Shown here: positions 26,711 to 38,244 of the stretch, piece after piece
How the letters are laid out: every line of letters starts with the position of its first letter
Position numbering within the stretch: the stretch's first letter is position 1
From: Chlorokybus atmophyticus
Taxonomy: Eukaryota; Plantae; Mesostigma and Chlorokybus algae
Direction of reading: 5' to 3'
Length of the DNA: 64,000 nt
NCBI GenBank assembly: GCA_009103225.1
Contig: RHPI01001037.1
Location: 1,546,551 to 1,610,550, forward strand
The notes under the pieces: generated by a model
Told to the model about the DNA's origin: nothing
Database searches by the model: none
Seen by the model: only the letters and a program-made list of their open reading frames with translations
Translations under genes and position numbers: made by a program

Positions 26711-27294
26711 TTGTCACACCTATGGTTGGGAAGTAAAGTGTCAAACCACAGCATAAGCTTACCGCTGTCAAGCGAGTTGTGCATACAACACGCACACACA
26801 TACATACGCGTGCACACACATATGCACGCAGGGATTCTTAGACATCTCACTTTCCCATCTCCAACCCTAACTTGAACCCAACTCTCAAGCTTGCTTTTCT
26901 GCTGCTTACACATAGGCGCATGTGGAAATAACTGACAGGAGAGCAGAGTGACCTAACAACGCTGTTTGCATGCCATGCACCAACACTAGTGCAACAGATA
27001 AGCTGCATGCAGTGTGCAATGGGCTACACAGTGCATGATTCCGCCAGACGGTAGGCAAGTAGCTTCAAGACAAAACGCGTACCAACTTGCGGAAGACAGA
27101 GCTCGTTCGTCACAGGCCGACCAGCCCGCTGCCACTCGCAATCCCCAATGATGCGGCGGAAGCCTACGCCAGCGGCTATTGACCAGCTATGTCCTGCTCT
27201 CTCAAGCTACCAATAGCATTTATACTTCTCAACCACTACGACAACGCAACGCTTCTCATACATCATTTGATGCTGGCTTGACATCACTGTTGGC

Positions 27295-28537
27295 TCATCG
27301 AGCCTGACTTGCCTCTGCAAGCTGTTGTTGCCAACGGATAAACTCAGGAAACCTTTTGTGCCAGTAGGCTGCAGAGTACCCCAGGGCTGATGAGGCTGCC
27401 ATGTGAACTGCATGCTGCCGACAGAACAACAAACGGTCGAGCACATTCTCTCTGCATGTTAATGCCTTGTGCCATGTCCACACTGGCCACGTGCTTAGCT
27501 CCACCTCCGCAACCTCAGTAGCTAGCCGCTTGCAGCGTGTTGTTGCTCGCTCACATGACATCAGGACGACCACTCTTGGGTGATACGTAAAGATCTGCAA
27601 AGCAAGGTGCCTGTTGCCCAGTCTGTAAGACTCGAAGATGTCGAGAAACACCTGAAGCCTGCTGCGCACGATTGCATTGTTGTGGCATACTAACTCCGGG
27701 GATTGTTTCAGCGACCTGACCATTTGTGCATGGTCAACTGCAAAAAACGTCCGCCAGGCAGCAAACCTTTCCGCAACAACTTCTGGTTTGAAAGTGAGCG
27801 TGTGCGGAGCTTTGTGGAGCACAATGTGAAGGTCCTTGTCACTGATGCTTAGAAGCGTCTGTAGCTTCTTGACGTTGATTGCAAGAGTCTCAGGCTTGCG
27901 CTGTAGAAGTGCATGCTGTGCAACTGCTGTCGTTTTCACACCAGGAATCAGCTTCCGCATCTGCCATGTGACAAGTTCAACCACAAGCACCCGCGAAGAA
28001 AGACTGAGACAGTTAACACAACATACCTCATGAATGCGTCGCTCCAGCTCTCTGGGCTTACGGTAAAGTGACTGAGTCTTGCCTAACGTGATGAACAATG
28101 CCACTCGTTGCAGGGGCAGAGATAACCCCTCCCAGAATCGGCGTACAGCCTGCTGCTTGGCTTCTGACCATGGGGGCAATGGAGGCCGGCCCACCCGTCT
28201 TGCCAGCTGGCAAAAAGACATTGTTAAGCGCCAACAGCTCCAAGTTGTGAACAAGCATCAGCGCGGCTTTGGGAGAGAGCAGCTCACCTTACTGCTTTTG
28301 TAAACATCATTGTAAACAGCATTGTAAACAGGAGTTGTGCCGCATGCAAAGCGCGGTTGTGCTGCAAAGGCGCACTGCATCTGCCTGCAATCAAGCGAGT
28401 TGTGAGACATTAACTTTGCAGGTGAGATCAATTGCGGCATACCAAGCCTGGCCTTGCCTATAAAATGGGTTGTGGAAGCCAGGTGCGATGGCTCTGGCTG
28501 TGGCAGCTCTCGTGGCGCGCGCGAGGAAGAACATCAT
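27295..28537 (-). CDS. mTERF-like helical-repeat protein, copy 1 (4 exons, putative mitochondrial presequence)
   Basis: Spliced N-terminus MMFFLARATRAATARAIAPGFHNPFYR|QMQCAFAAQPRFAC. Repeats LLSISDKDLHIVLHKAPHTLTFKPEVVAERF and MVRSLKQSPELVCHN; C-terminus DRLLFCRQH..SALGYSAAYWHKRF. Introns at 28457-28385 (GC-AG) and 28026-27961, plus one between them. Confidence 0.65.
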
Positions 28538-29677
28538 ATATGCACTGTGACACAGTCATATTTAGCTCATCAAATCAATTACACGCTCTTGGAGAAAGAT
28601 CACAAGTGTTGTAAGAAGCATTCGCTGACAGTGCTTTGCTGGTTGCAAGGCACTGTCAGCAGCTGTTTCTACAGCCAACTATGCACGTTGTTGTATCGGC
28701 ATCAGTGTGCATTGGTTTGCAGCAAACTGCCACCACTTGACAACCTGGCCACAAGCGCGCACGCAAACATTTATGTACATACGCGCTAGTCAGCATGCCG
28801 TCCGGTTTTGAGTCGAACAGAGGTTGCTATCAACAAAGTAACCAAGCTGCAAAGCTGCCGTTGTTGCTTTACCTTGACAGGCAGCACGTGCAACAAATCG
28901 CGATGACGGTCGTTTTGACCTGATCACTGCAAGTGCCTCAGTTACTGCCAGAGACACCAGCTTACGGGACGACGGTATGGGTTTGTTGTGAACACCTAAG
29001 CTGATGGCATGGCAAGTCAACATGTGTCTTATTGTGAGCTTGGCTACGGAAATTGTCCATAAGTTTCACATAGCTGGTTGAGACTCCGACGCACGGCGAG
29101 CAGCTGCGCTGACCAGCTAAGTCATGGTAGCTTTGTTGCCAATGCATGCGCCCTGCACAACAGCTGAAGTTGTAGTTAAGCTGCCGGTTAACAGCTGTTA
29201 CTGCCTGAGCTGCATGCATACTACGTAACACACTGCCATGAGCCTAATTTGTGCAGCGTACTTGTGAGAGACAGCAACAGCAGCAGCAGCAGTAATCGTC
29301 ACTTCAACTCTTGCACAAAGCCTCTCTCACGCTGCCCGCCCGTCGCTGGCTACGCGGAGCATGCCACCAACCCCCTAGCAGCTGATTTGATCGGCGTAGA
29401 CAAGGTCGATGCCACCGCCGCAACCGTGATCAACACCCTGTGTGCTGCCTACGTCGCCGCCGCTGCTGCTCCTGTCATGCACAATGGCACAGTCGTTGAT
29501 AGCAACTAGCTTGTCACTTGGTTAAGCTGTGGGCGGGGCGGTGGTGGTGGTGGTGGGCGTCTTTGCTGATGATAGAGATGTTGTCCGTGCTGACCTAGTG
29601 GCTAGCGCCGTGTCGCTGGCGCCGAAGGCATGCATGTCCGCACTGCGCTTCAGCGGCGACGGTGGCAGCAGCTTGCG

Positions 29678-29713
29678 TAGGGTTTTATAGGCGACGGCGG
29701 CAGTGAATGGGCT
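29678..29713. promoter_or_regulatory. Telo-box (TAGGGTTT) plus site II-like TGGGCT between the divergent mTERF-like copies 1 and 2
   Basis: Motifs at 29678-29685 and 29708-29713; a positionally equivalent AACCCTA lies at 34613-34619 upstream of copy 3. Confidence 0.3.
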
Positions 29714-30122
29714 TGTGCTAACGGTGAGATGTAAGGCAAATGGAGCTACAGCTGATGTGTTTCGTGCGCTTGTCCACTGCTAGCATGCTTGCACACTGGC
29801 GCACGAACAACGACGTCCTACATGTCACAGTCCAGTAGGGAGTCACGTGTGAGTCTATCACTTGTTGCTTGACACGCAACTATTGTACACCGCATGCGTT
29901 GCGGTGGTCAAATCTTAAGGATTGTCCTGACAGTGCACTTGTGCACTACCTGTCAAAGTCAAGTGTTGCTATACTTTTCGCAGTCATCTGCTAGCATCAG
30001 CATACTGCTAGTTGCAAGCAGCTGACGGGTGCTGTTTAGATACCACTTGCTTGTAAAACGCTGAAACTCTTGCAAGCATGCACTGCTGACTCTGGTTGTG
30101 ACGATTTCGCAGTGCATCAGTA

Positions 30123-31381
30123 ATGTTGTCCCTCGCGCGTGTTATGAGAGCTGCCACAGCCAGCGGTGTTGCATCCCGCTTCTACAACTCCTTGTATAGG
30201 TAAGGCTGCAGATTAGCTGGCCGCGAAAGATTTCAATGCAGCCAGCACACTTTGCCATGCTTGGTTGCAGGCAGACACAGTGCACATACGCGGCAAAACT
30301 GCAGTCTGCGTATGGCACAGCCACTTCTGATGATGCTGTTGACACAAGCAACAAGGTGAGCTGCTCCATCAAGCTATGAGGCTGCTTACTCACAAAGTGG
30401 CGCTGCCCACTAACCATGTCTGTTGGCCAGCTGCCGCCACGACGCATGGGCAGGCCTCCGTTGCCCCCATGGTCAGAAGCTGAGCAGCAAGCTGTGCGCC
30501 AGTTCTGGGAGAGGTTAGCTCTTCCTCCACAGCGAGTGGCATTTTTCGTCATGCAAGGCACGACCAAGTCACTTTTCCGAAATCCCACAGAACTGGAGCG
30601 ACGAATGCATGAGGTACGTTGTGTCAGCTGTCTCAGTCTTTGTTCACTGGTGTTTGTGGTTAAGCTTGATGCATCGCAGATGCGGAAGCTGATACCTGGT
30701 GCGAGCACAGCAACAGTGGCCCTGCTTATTGATTGGCGCCGTCACGAAACCCTTGCAAGCAACCTCCCAAGGCTTAAGACGCTTCTTGACATCAGTGACA
30801 ATGACCTTTGCATGATGCTACGCAGTGCTCCTCACATGCTGGCTTTCACACCGGAGCATGTGGCTGAGAGATTTGCTGCCTGGCGGACGTTTCTGGCAGT
30901 TGAACATGCAGATATGGTTGCGTTGCTCAAACGATGCCCAAGTTTGGTCTGCTGCAACGATGCGTCCGTGCGTGGCAAGCTTCAGACGTTTCTTGACGCC
31001 TTCGAATGTTCCAATCTAGGGAGCAGGCGCCTTGCCATGCAGATTTTTATGTGTCATCCAGGAGTAGTCGTTCTGATGTCATGTGAGCGAACAACAACAC
31101 GCTTGAAGCGGCTAGCTACTGACTTTACGGAGGCGGAGCGAAGCACATGGTCAGTGCCGACATGGCAGTTGGCATTATCATGTAGAGATTACGTGCTCGA
31201 CCGTTTGTTGTTCTGTAGGCAGCATGCAGTCCGCATGGCAGCCTCAACAGCCCTGTCCTTCTCTGCAGCCTCCTGGCACAGAAGGTTTCCGAAGTTCACT
31301 TGCTGGCAACAAGAGCTTGCACACGCGCGTCAGGCGCCATCAGCCATCAGTAATGTCATGCCAACAATGGAGAATGTCTAA
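30123..31381 (+). CDS. mTERF-like protein, copy 2 (4 exons)
   Basis: MLSLARVMRAATASGVASRFYNSLYR|QTQCTYAAKLQSAY..SNK|LPPRRMGRPPLPPWSEAEQQAVRQFW..RMHE|MRKLIPG. Same intron positions as copy 1 (donor at 30200; intron 30614-30679). Confidence 0.65.
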
Positions 31382-32985
31382 GGAGCATCACGTTCTCTTA
31401 GTGCTTTGGAAAGCGTCTGGTGTTGGTAGCACAAAATGGCAGAACGCTATCGGTGGACAGCTGCTGGCTGCTGCTGCAGCATTGGGGCGTGCGCGCCGCA
31501 GCAGTACAGGCTGCTGCACGGTGTGCTGCTGGGCTCGCTTCTGCTGCTTGTTGCAGGGCTGTCACGCACGAGCCCTCTTCCGCAGTGCGTTAGTCAAGCA
31601 CCTGGTAAGTGAGCCTCTGCATGTGCAACCAACCAATCAAGCCTCATTTGACATTCACTGTAAACATCTGCAGTTGTATGAGCCAAACTCATCTCCCATA
31701 ATACCGTCCTGGTTGGCTCATGTGCAGTGTGTCTTACCTGCAACTAAACTTGTCTGGCACAGTCAGACAACTAATCTAGGTTATGGCCTTGCCTTCCTCG
31801 ACGTTCCGCTGTGCAACCTTTTGTTCTGAAAGTGTGGCTCAGTGTCTCAGTCGCATTGGCAGCTGCTTGTTAAGCATACCAGCTACATTATGTTGCTCAT
31901 ATCATCACTTACTTGCTTGCCGGTGGTGTCCGCATGTAGTCACATGCATCCCCTGCTTACCAGTGCTCCTTTGTGTTGTGCAATACAGTTATCACCAGCG
32001 ACGGCATCCGGCCACTATGCATATCTCTATCCTGATGCAGCTGGCTGTGCCTCCTACTTGAACGCACCTGGTGCCTTGGCATTCCTACATTGTTGTCACC
32101 ATCATGCCGGCCAGTTACCAGTAGCACTGCTACATGCAGCTTAATTCACCTCCTAGCACAGTAGCGCCACCACTTGTAGCAGGTAGGTATGGTGGCAGCA
32201 CTGACATTGAATGCTTGTATGTCAATGATAATCAAGTTGGCCCTTGTAGCCCCAGTAATGCCAAGCCCTGCCCTCCTGGTTGGTTACATGTGGCTTGGCA
32301 TGATGCATCCACTGGTCCTCCATGTTTCTACGCCTGCAGTCAATTTACACTGCGAATGGGACTTACACACACCGCCACGAATGCTACCAGCTGCAGCAGC
32401 CGCCACAGCGGCTACAGCACTGCACACAGCAAACTCACCGCTGCATTCGCATATCCCTCGCGCATGGTATGTACACTGTGCTGAGCACACTCACCGCTCG
32501 CCCTCCCTCCCTCCCACCTCCCTCGCTGCTGCTGCTGCTGCCTTGCTTTGCTTCCTGGCCTGCTCAGAGTCCGGGCATCACCATCCTGGAACGGGGGGCG
32601 GCAGTCGTAGCGGCGGTACCAGGCTGGGGCCCGGTCCAGACGGCGGCGCCAACGGCGGAAGCGGACGCTGTGCTGGCGGCTGCGGCAGTGTAGTTGTGTA
32701 GGCGTGCTTGCATGCCGCCGCCATGCGTGTGAGTATGCTTGTGCAGTGATAGGCAGGGATGACAGTACGTAGCTTGGTGTGACGATGTTGCATACTAGTG
32801 TATGATTCAGAGTCCACGCCTACCTGACTGTGGTGCCGTGGCTACATGTCGATTACTTACTTGCTGTGCTGGCTCTACCCACCTTCTCCCCCACCGCTTT
32901 GCATTGCACTTAGTTGCACGCATCTTAGCTTAGTTTGGCCCCCGCCTATAAACGACTGCTGTGCTGTGAGCTTGCGTGCTTGTCC

Positions 32986-33045
32986 GAATGCTTTACTGCA
33001 TCTGTCATATCGGAATGCTTTACTGCATCTGTCATATCGGAATGC
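32986..33045 (+). repeat. 27-bp tandem duplication (GAATGCTTTACTGCATCTGTCATATCG x2)
   Basis: Seen directly. Confidence 0.9.
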
Positions 33046-35699
33046 CTGTGTTTATTACATATGCAGGTGCCTTCTGAGCAGGGCCAATCACATTAGCACG
33101 GCCAGCTGGTGCTCCTCCTCCCACACCTTGCCCTCCACCGCCCCGAGCACAAGCATCAGCGCCGTCGCCACACCAAACAGGTGTGCGTGTACAAACAATG
33201 TGCAACAGAATGGCACATGCAGTCATGGTTATAACAATTGGAGGCATACAATCAGTATCTTACACAGTTGCACACCATCGGGCTAATCAACTACTTCACC
33301 TAACTTACTACCCACACTATCGCTAGCACCCCTTCAGTCATGCAAGCATGCATTTGAATGCGCAGTCACTTGCACAATAACCATGTGAGCGTGTGTTCCT
33401 CTGTGCGCATGCAAGCTGCACATAGTCAGGACTGGTGCATTTCTTGACGTTTTGACTCGTATGCGATGCTCAGAGGATATCAGTTGTTTGCGTGGTGAGG
33501 TTGTGAAGCTCTCAAGTAGGCGGCGGTGGCAAATTGAGAGTGCACTTGCCAACTTTCTCAGCATTCCAGGCTCAGGGCCAGGTCCCAATCATGAACAATC
33601 TTGGTGGTCCGACTGTGCACACACGCACACGAGCATACACACGGTCACGCGCACATGCATGCCCGCCCACCGGCCCGGTCAACTCATGAACACCACACTC
33701 ATGTCAGAGCTTTATACAACAGTGTGCAACCAATTTGATGCCTTCAATGGCAGACGCCCAGTCTGTAGCGCAAGTGTTCTAGAGTGGGCGGGTCATGTGC
33801 TAAATTTCCAAGCAACATTGGTCCTGATGACACCTGAACGCGTGCTTCTGCCTGCATTGTCAGTGTCACAACTATTATGTTAGTTTCTGCTCACGTGCTA
33901 AACGACAACTCGGTAGTGCGCATGGCGTACATGCTTACAACCAATGCGCTCTTGCCAGAGGCGCAGCAATCAATTCTGCGCAACGCCGCGGGTTGCAATA
34001 CACCGATGCCATAGCTCTCGCCCTTTCTTCATTACTTGCCAGCAAGCAGGCAACAGTGTTGGCGTTGATGCTTGCTAGTATCAAAGGATAAGTCAACATA
34101 ATGCTGTCAAGTTGTGAGGTGTACTGGCTGCATTGATATATACTGCAACCAACCAAGCTGCCAAACAAGCTGCCGCCTTACCTGTACCAAGAGTTGTAGA
34201 AGCGCGGTGCAACGACGCAGGCTGTGACGGCTCTCGTGACGCAAGTGAGGGACAACATTTCTGCTGCACTGGCAAAACAGTCACAACTCTGCAAGTCAGC
34301 GATGCATGAAAACGTTTCAGTTGGTAGTTGAGCAACAGCGCCTTGCAGTAAGCAGCAGTATGCTGACGCTACACCTCAATTGTGGCACGCAAAAGTGCAT
34401 TGCCAGAACAACCCGAGTTTGACCATAATGCATGCGGTTGGAAGCTACATGTCAAGCAGAACTGGTGCTAGACTGACAACTGAACAAGCTTGACGGCCAG
34501 CACTGGTGTGCATGAAATGCATACAGATATGCAAGCATGCAAGCGGTGAACAAGTACACGCAACACATCAGTTACAGCTGTACTTCTAAGCGTCTACACT
34601 GACCGATTGCACAACCCTAGGTAAGCTGCTGCCGTCGCTGCTGACTAGCTGCAGTAGGCAGCATGCCTACATGCATGTCTGCCGCCGGCGCCTGCAATGG
34701 CGCCACTCGGTCTGACAACAAGACGGACAACAGCAACGATGCCCTCAACCAGCACCACCACCACCGTCGTCAACGCCAACGCCGCCCCGCCCGCAGCTTA
34801 ACCAAGTGTCAGGCTTGCCTCTATCAATAACCTTGCCAATGTGCATGCCAGGAGCGGCGGCGGCGTCGTAGGCTGCCTGGCGGCGTGTGTCGGTCGTGTG
34901 GGCGGTGGCTTCGTCGTTGGCTACGCTGGCCATGTCAGCTGCCAAGGGGTTGGCATGCTCCGCGCGGCCAGCGACGGGTGGGTAGCAGAGGTTTGGTGCC
35001 TGAGTTGAAGTTACAGCTGCTGTCTGTAAGGTATGCTGTGCAAGTCAAGCTCATGCTAGTGTTTCACGTAGCATGCATGCAGTTCCAGGCGAGGGGTGGG
35101 CGCATGCATTTTTAACTGATCAGCACAATGCTTGCCGTGTGTCTGTTTTCTGTGTGAACGCACTGTCACAATCGCTCTGGCCAAGCTCACAAAAACGGCA
35201 CAGCGCACATGTTGACCTCGCTTTGCTTCCATCAGCTGCCGCAGCGCTTTGCACAACATTGTGGCCATGTGTGCCGACAGTGTCATCCTTATATTGCGCC
35301 AAGTTAACGCTGCGCGTACATGCCTGACTTGCATTGGTCAGTCCGAAGCTGTTTGCATTGGTATGCTGTCTCATGCAAGTAGCAACAGCCGCTTGAACGC
35401 TACTTGCCAACACTGCGTGGCCACAAGTCATTCAGATCTGCTAACCATGAAAGTGGATGAATTTACGAGAAGTGCGGTTGTGTACACATGCATGTGGCCA
35501 TGATGTTACAAGTCGTGGCACTGTTTTGCCATCCCTCAGTGCATGCCATCACTGATGCACTGATTCGTCAGCATACTAGTAGTTGAAAAGCGCTGACAAC
35601 TGCTGCTCAACCATCAACTGTTGGTTGAAGTTGTTGGATCTCTCTCAAGCCCTTATGCACTGACTTGCTGACTTGTGAATCTTCAACATTTTGGCAGTG

Positions 35700-36921
35700 A
35701 TGTTTTCCCTCGAGCATGTCACAAGAGCAGCCACAGGCAGAGCCATTGCGCCCCGCATCTACAACTTTTTGTATGGGCAAGGGCCAGCTTGGTTTACCTA
35801 CAGAGTCAACACACCTCACAACTTGATACGTTCCAGGCAGATACTGTGCACATTCGCAGCACAACTGCGCTTTGCATGCGGCTCATCAACTCCTGAGGAT
35901 GCTGTTGACGACAGTAACAAGGTGAGCTGCTGCTGCTCCTTAAGCCATGCTGGCACTGCCCACTCAACAATGTCTGTTTGCCAGTTGCCAGCACGAAACA
36001 CACGGGGCAGGCCTCCATTGCCCTCTTGGTCAGAAGCTGAGCAGCAAGCTGTGCGCCGGTTCTGGGAGGGGTTATCGCTTTCCTCGCAACAAGTGGCGTC
36101 GCTTGTCACGCAAGGCAAGACCAAGTCGCTTTTCCGCCATCCCAAAGAGCTGGAGCGACGTATTCATGAGGTACGTTGTATCAACTGTCTTAAGCAAACT
36201 TTGCTTGAGGGTGCTTGTGGTTAAACTAGTCACATGGCAGATGCAAAAGCTGATTCCTGGTGTGAAAACGACAGCAGTGGCACAGCATGCACTTATTAAG
36301 GGCCATCCTGAGACTCTTGCAAACAATGTCAAGAGGCTCCGGTCGCTTTTAAGCATCAGTGACCAGGACCTTCGCATTGTGCTCAGTAGAGCTCCTCACA
36401 TGCTCACTCGCACACCGGAGGTTGTGGCTGAAAGATTCGCTGCCTGGCGGACGTTTTTTGCAGTTGATCATGCACAAATGGTCATGTCTCTGAAACAATG
36501 CCCGGAGTTAGTATGCCACAACGATGCAAGCGTGCGCAACAGGCTTCAGACGTTTCTAGACACCTTTGAGTCTTGCAGGCTGGGCAACAGGCCCCTTGCC
36601 ATGCAGATCTTCCTGTACAATCCAGGAGTGGTTGTGCGAATGTCAAGTAAGCGCATAACAACACGCTGCAAGCGGCTAGGTACTGAGTTTACGGAGCTGG
36701 ACAGAAGCACGTGGCCAGTATTGACATGGCGCCTGGCACTTGAATGTGCAGACAACGTGCTCGACCGTTTGTTGTTCCGTCGGCAGCATGCGGTTCCCAT
36801 GGCAGCCTCAACAGCCCTCACCTACCCTGCAACCTCCTGGCACAAAAGGTTTCCTGAATTTATGCGCTGGCAACAGGAGCTTACAGAGGCACAGTCAGGC
36901 GCGGTCAGACAACAACAGTGA
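35700..36921 (+). CDS. mTERF-like protein, copy 3 (4 exons)
   Basis: MFSLEHVTRAATGRAIAPRIYNFLYG|QILCTFAAQLRFAC..SNK|LPARNTRGRPPLPSW..RIHE|MQKLIPG. A 70-nt intron at 36171-36240 explains the frame change in the ORF track. Confidence 0.65.
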
Positions 36922-37770
36922 TGTCAGCCAACATTAGAGAAAGTATCAGCGTCAAGTTGTCGTAGTGGTTCAAAAGGCGCAAGTGCTATTGGTAGCTGAA
37001 AGTGCAAGCGCACATTGCGGGTTGACAGCTGCTGGCTGCTGGCGTAGGCTGCCGCTGCAGCATCGACAAGTGGCAGCAACGCTGGCTGCTTTGCAGCATG
37101 CATGGCCTCTGTGCTCGCTTCTGCTTGCTCCTGTGGTGGCTGGACATGAAAGAGCCCTGTATTCCGCAGGTACGTACACATGCTTTACTGAACGTACCTT
37201 GCCTACCGTCTGGCTGGGATGCGTTGCTGTCCGCAGACGCATGCACCGTGCAGACCATTGCACTCTGCACGCAGCTTTCCTGCTGAATGCGTATTGGTAT
37301 GTGTCTTGTGGCATAGAGAGTTGTCAAGTCGCTCTGCTCCTGTCGGTCATTTCCACATGCACCTTTGTGTGTGCAGCAGCTTGTGAGTTGGGTTGCGATG
37401 CAAGAAACACAATGGCCAAATTTCCTGCCATGTCGTGCTGCATGCAGATGTAGTGTTCACAGTTGCCGTGTGTCCAGCCATGCCTCGGACTTTGTCTACT
37501 TTACTGCTGCCGGCGCTGTCAAACATGCTGCTTATCCCCTGCACGTCCGCCCTCACTGCGGAGGACTGCTACAAGAGCAAGGGCCCTAGTAAGACCCCTT
37601 TTGCATACACAATGTCGACACAACAGTGGTAGCGTGAGTATTCTTTCAAGAATGACGGACGCTTGCATGTGCGCACGCGCATGTCCGTGTGCGTTTCATG
37701 TCACACTTTGCTTGACAGTGGTAAGCTTACAGTTGCTTTGCGTCTTTTTTCGCAACCACAGGTGTGACAG

Positions 37771-38244
37771 CTGTGCTTCCAACTTAGTCAACATGCCGTT
37801 CTCAATGCCAGTGTTTTGGGGAGCGAGCATGCGGCAGCGTACATCAACAGCAACGGCGCCAGGCAATTCTGCTGGCGTTGTAGCCATCCTTCCCCAGTCG
37901 ACCTCCCCAACATTATCTTGCCTTCAGCTTGGTGGCATGATTCTAGACGGACCTGTGACAATGTGTGCGACACCGTGTCAGCAACACACCGTGTCAGCAA
38001 CACAACTTTACATGCGGACATTAGTAATGTCATGCTGCTGGCTGACGTTAGCAATGACAGGCTGCTTGAAGCCTTTCCCACACGACAGCTTGCTGTTGGC
38101 TTCAATGCTGCCTCAGCCATCATGGTGACCTGGTTCAAGATGTGGGTTTGTGTGGGCTGCATTTGCACGTTCTTGCTTGTGTGGGTTTGTCTGCAGCAGT
38201 GCACAGGGTGTATGCAAGTGTGTATTGAAAATATGCTGCTGTAG
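37771..38244 (+). CDS. Unrecognised ORF/exon co-duplicated with the mTERF-like genes
   Basis: Open frame LCFQLSQHAV...LPSAWW...NTTLHADI...GFNAASAIMVTWFK; a disrupted homologue lies at 26710-26346 (-). Confidence 0.3.
   Translation: MCFQLSQHAVLNASVLGSEHAAAYINSNGARQFCWRCSHPSPVDLPNIILPSAWWHDSRRTCDNVCDTVSATHRVSNTTLHADISNVMLLADVSNDRLLEAFPTRQLAVGFNAASAIMVTWFKMWVCVGCICTFLLVWVCLQQCTGCMQVCIENMLL

Noticed and set aside
33430-34170. Short coding-looking frames (33452-33883 +, 33935-34168 -)
   Set aside because: No recognisable motif and no consistent splice chain.
35947-36240. Apparent frameshift in mTERF-like copy 3
   Set aside because: Explained by a 70-nt GT-AG intron (36171-36240) homologous to the 66-nt in-frame introns of copies 1 and 2.
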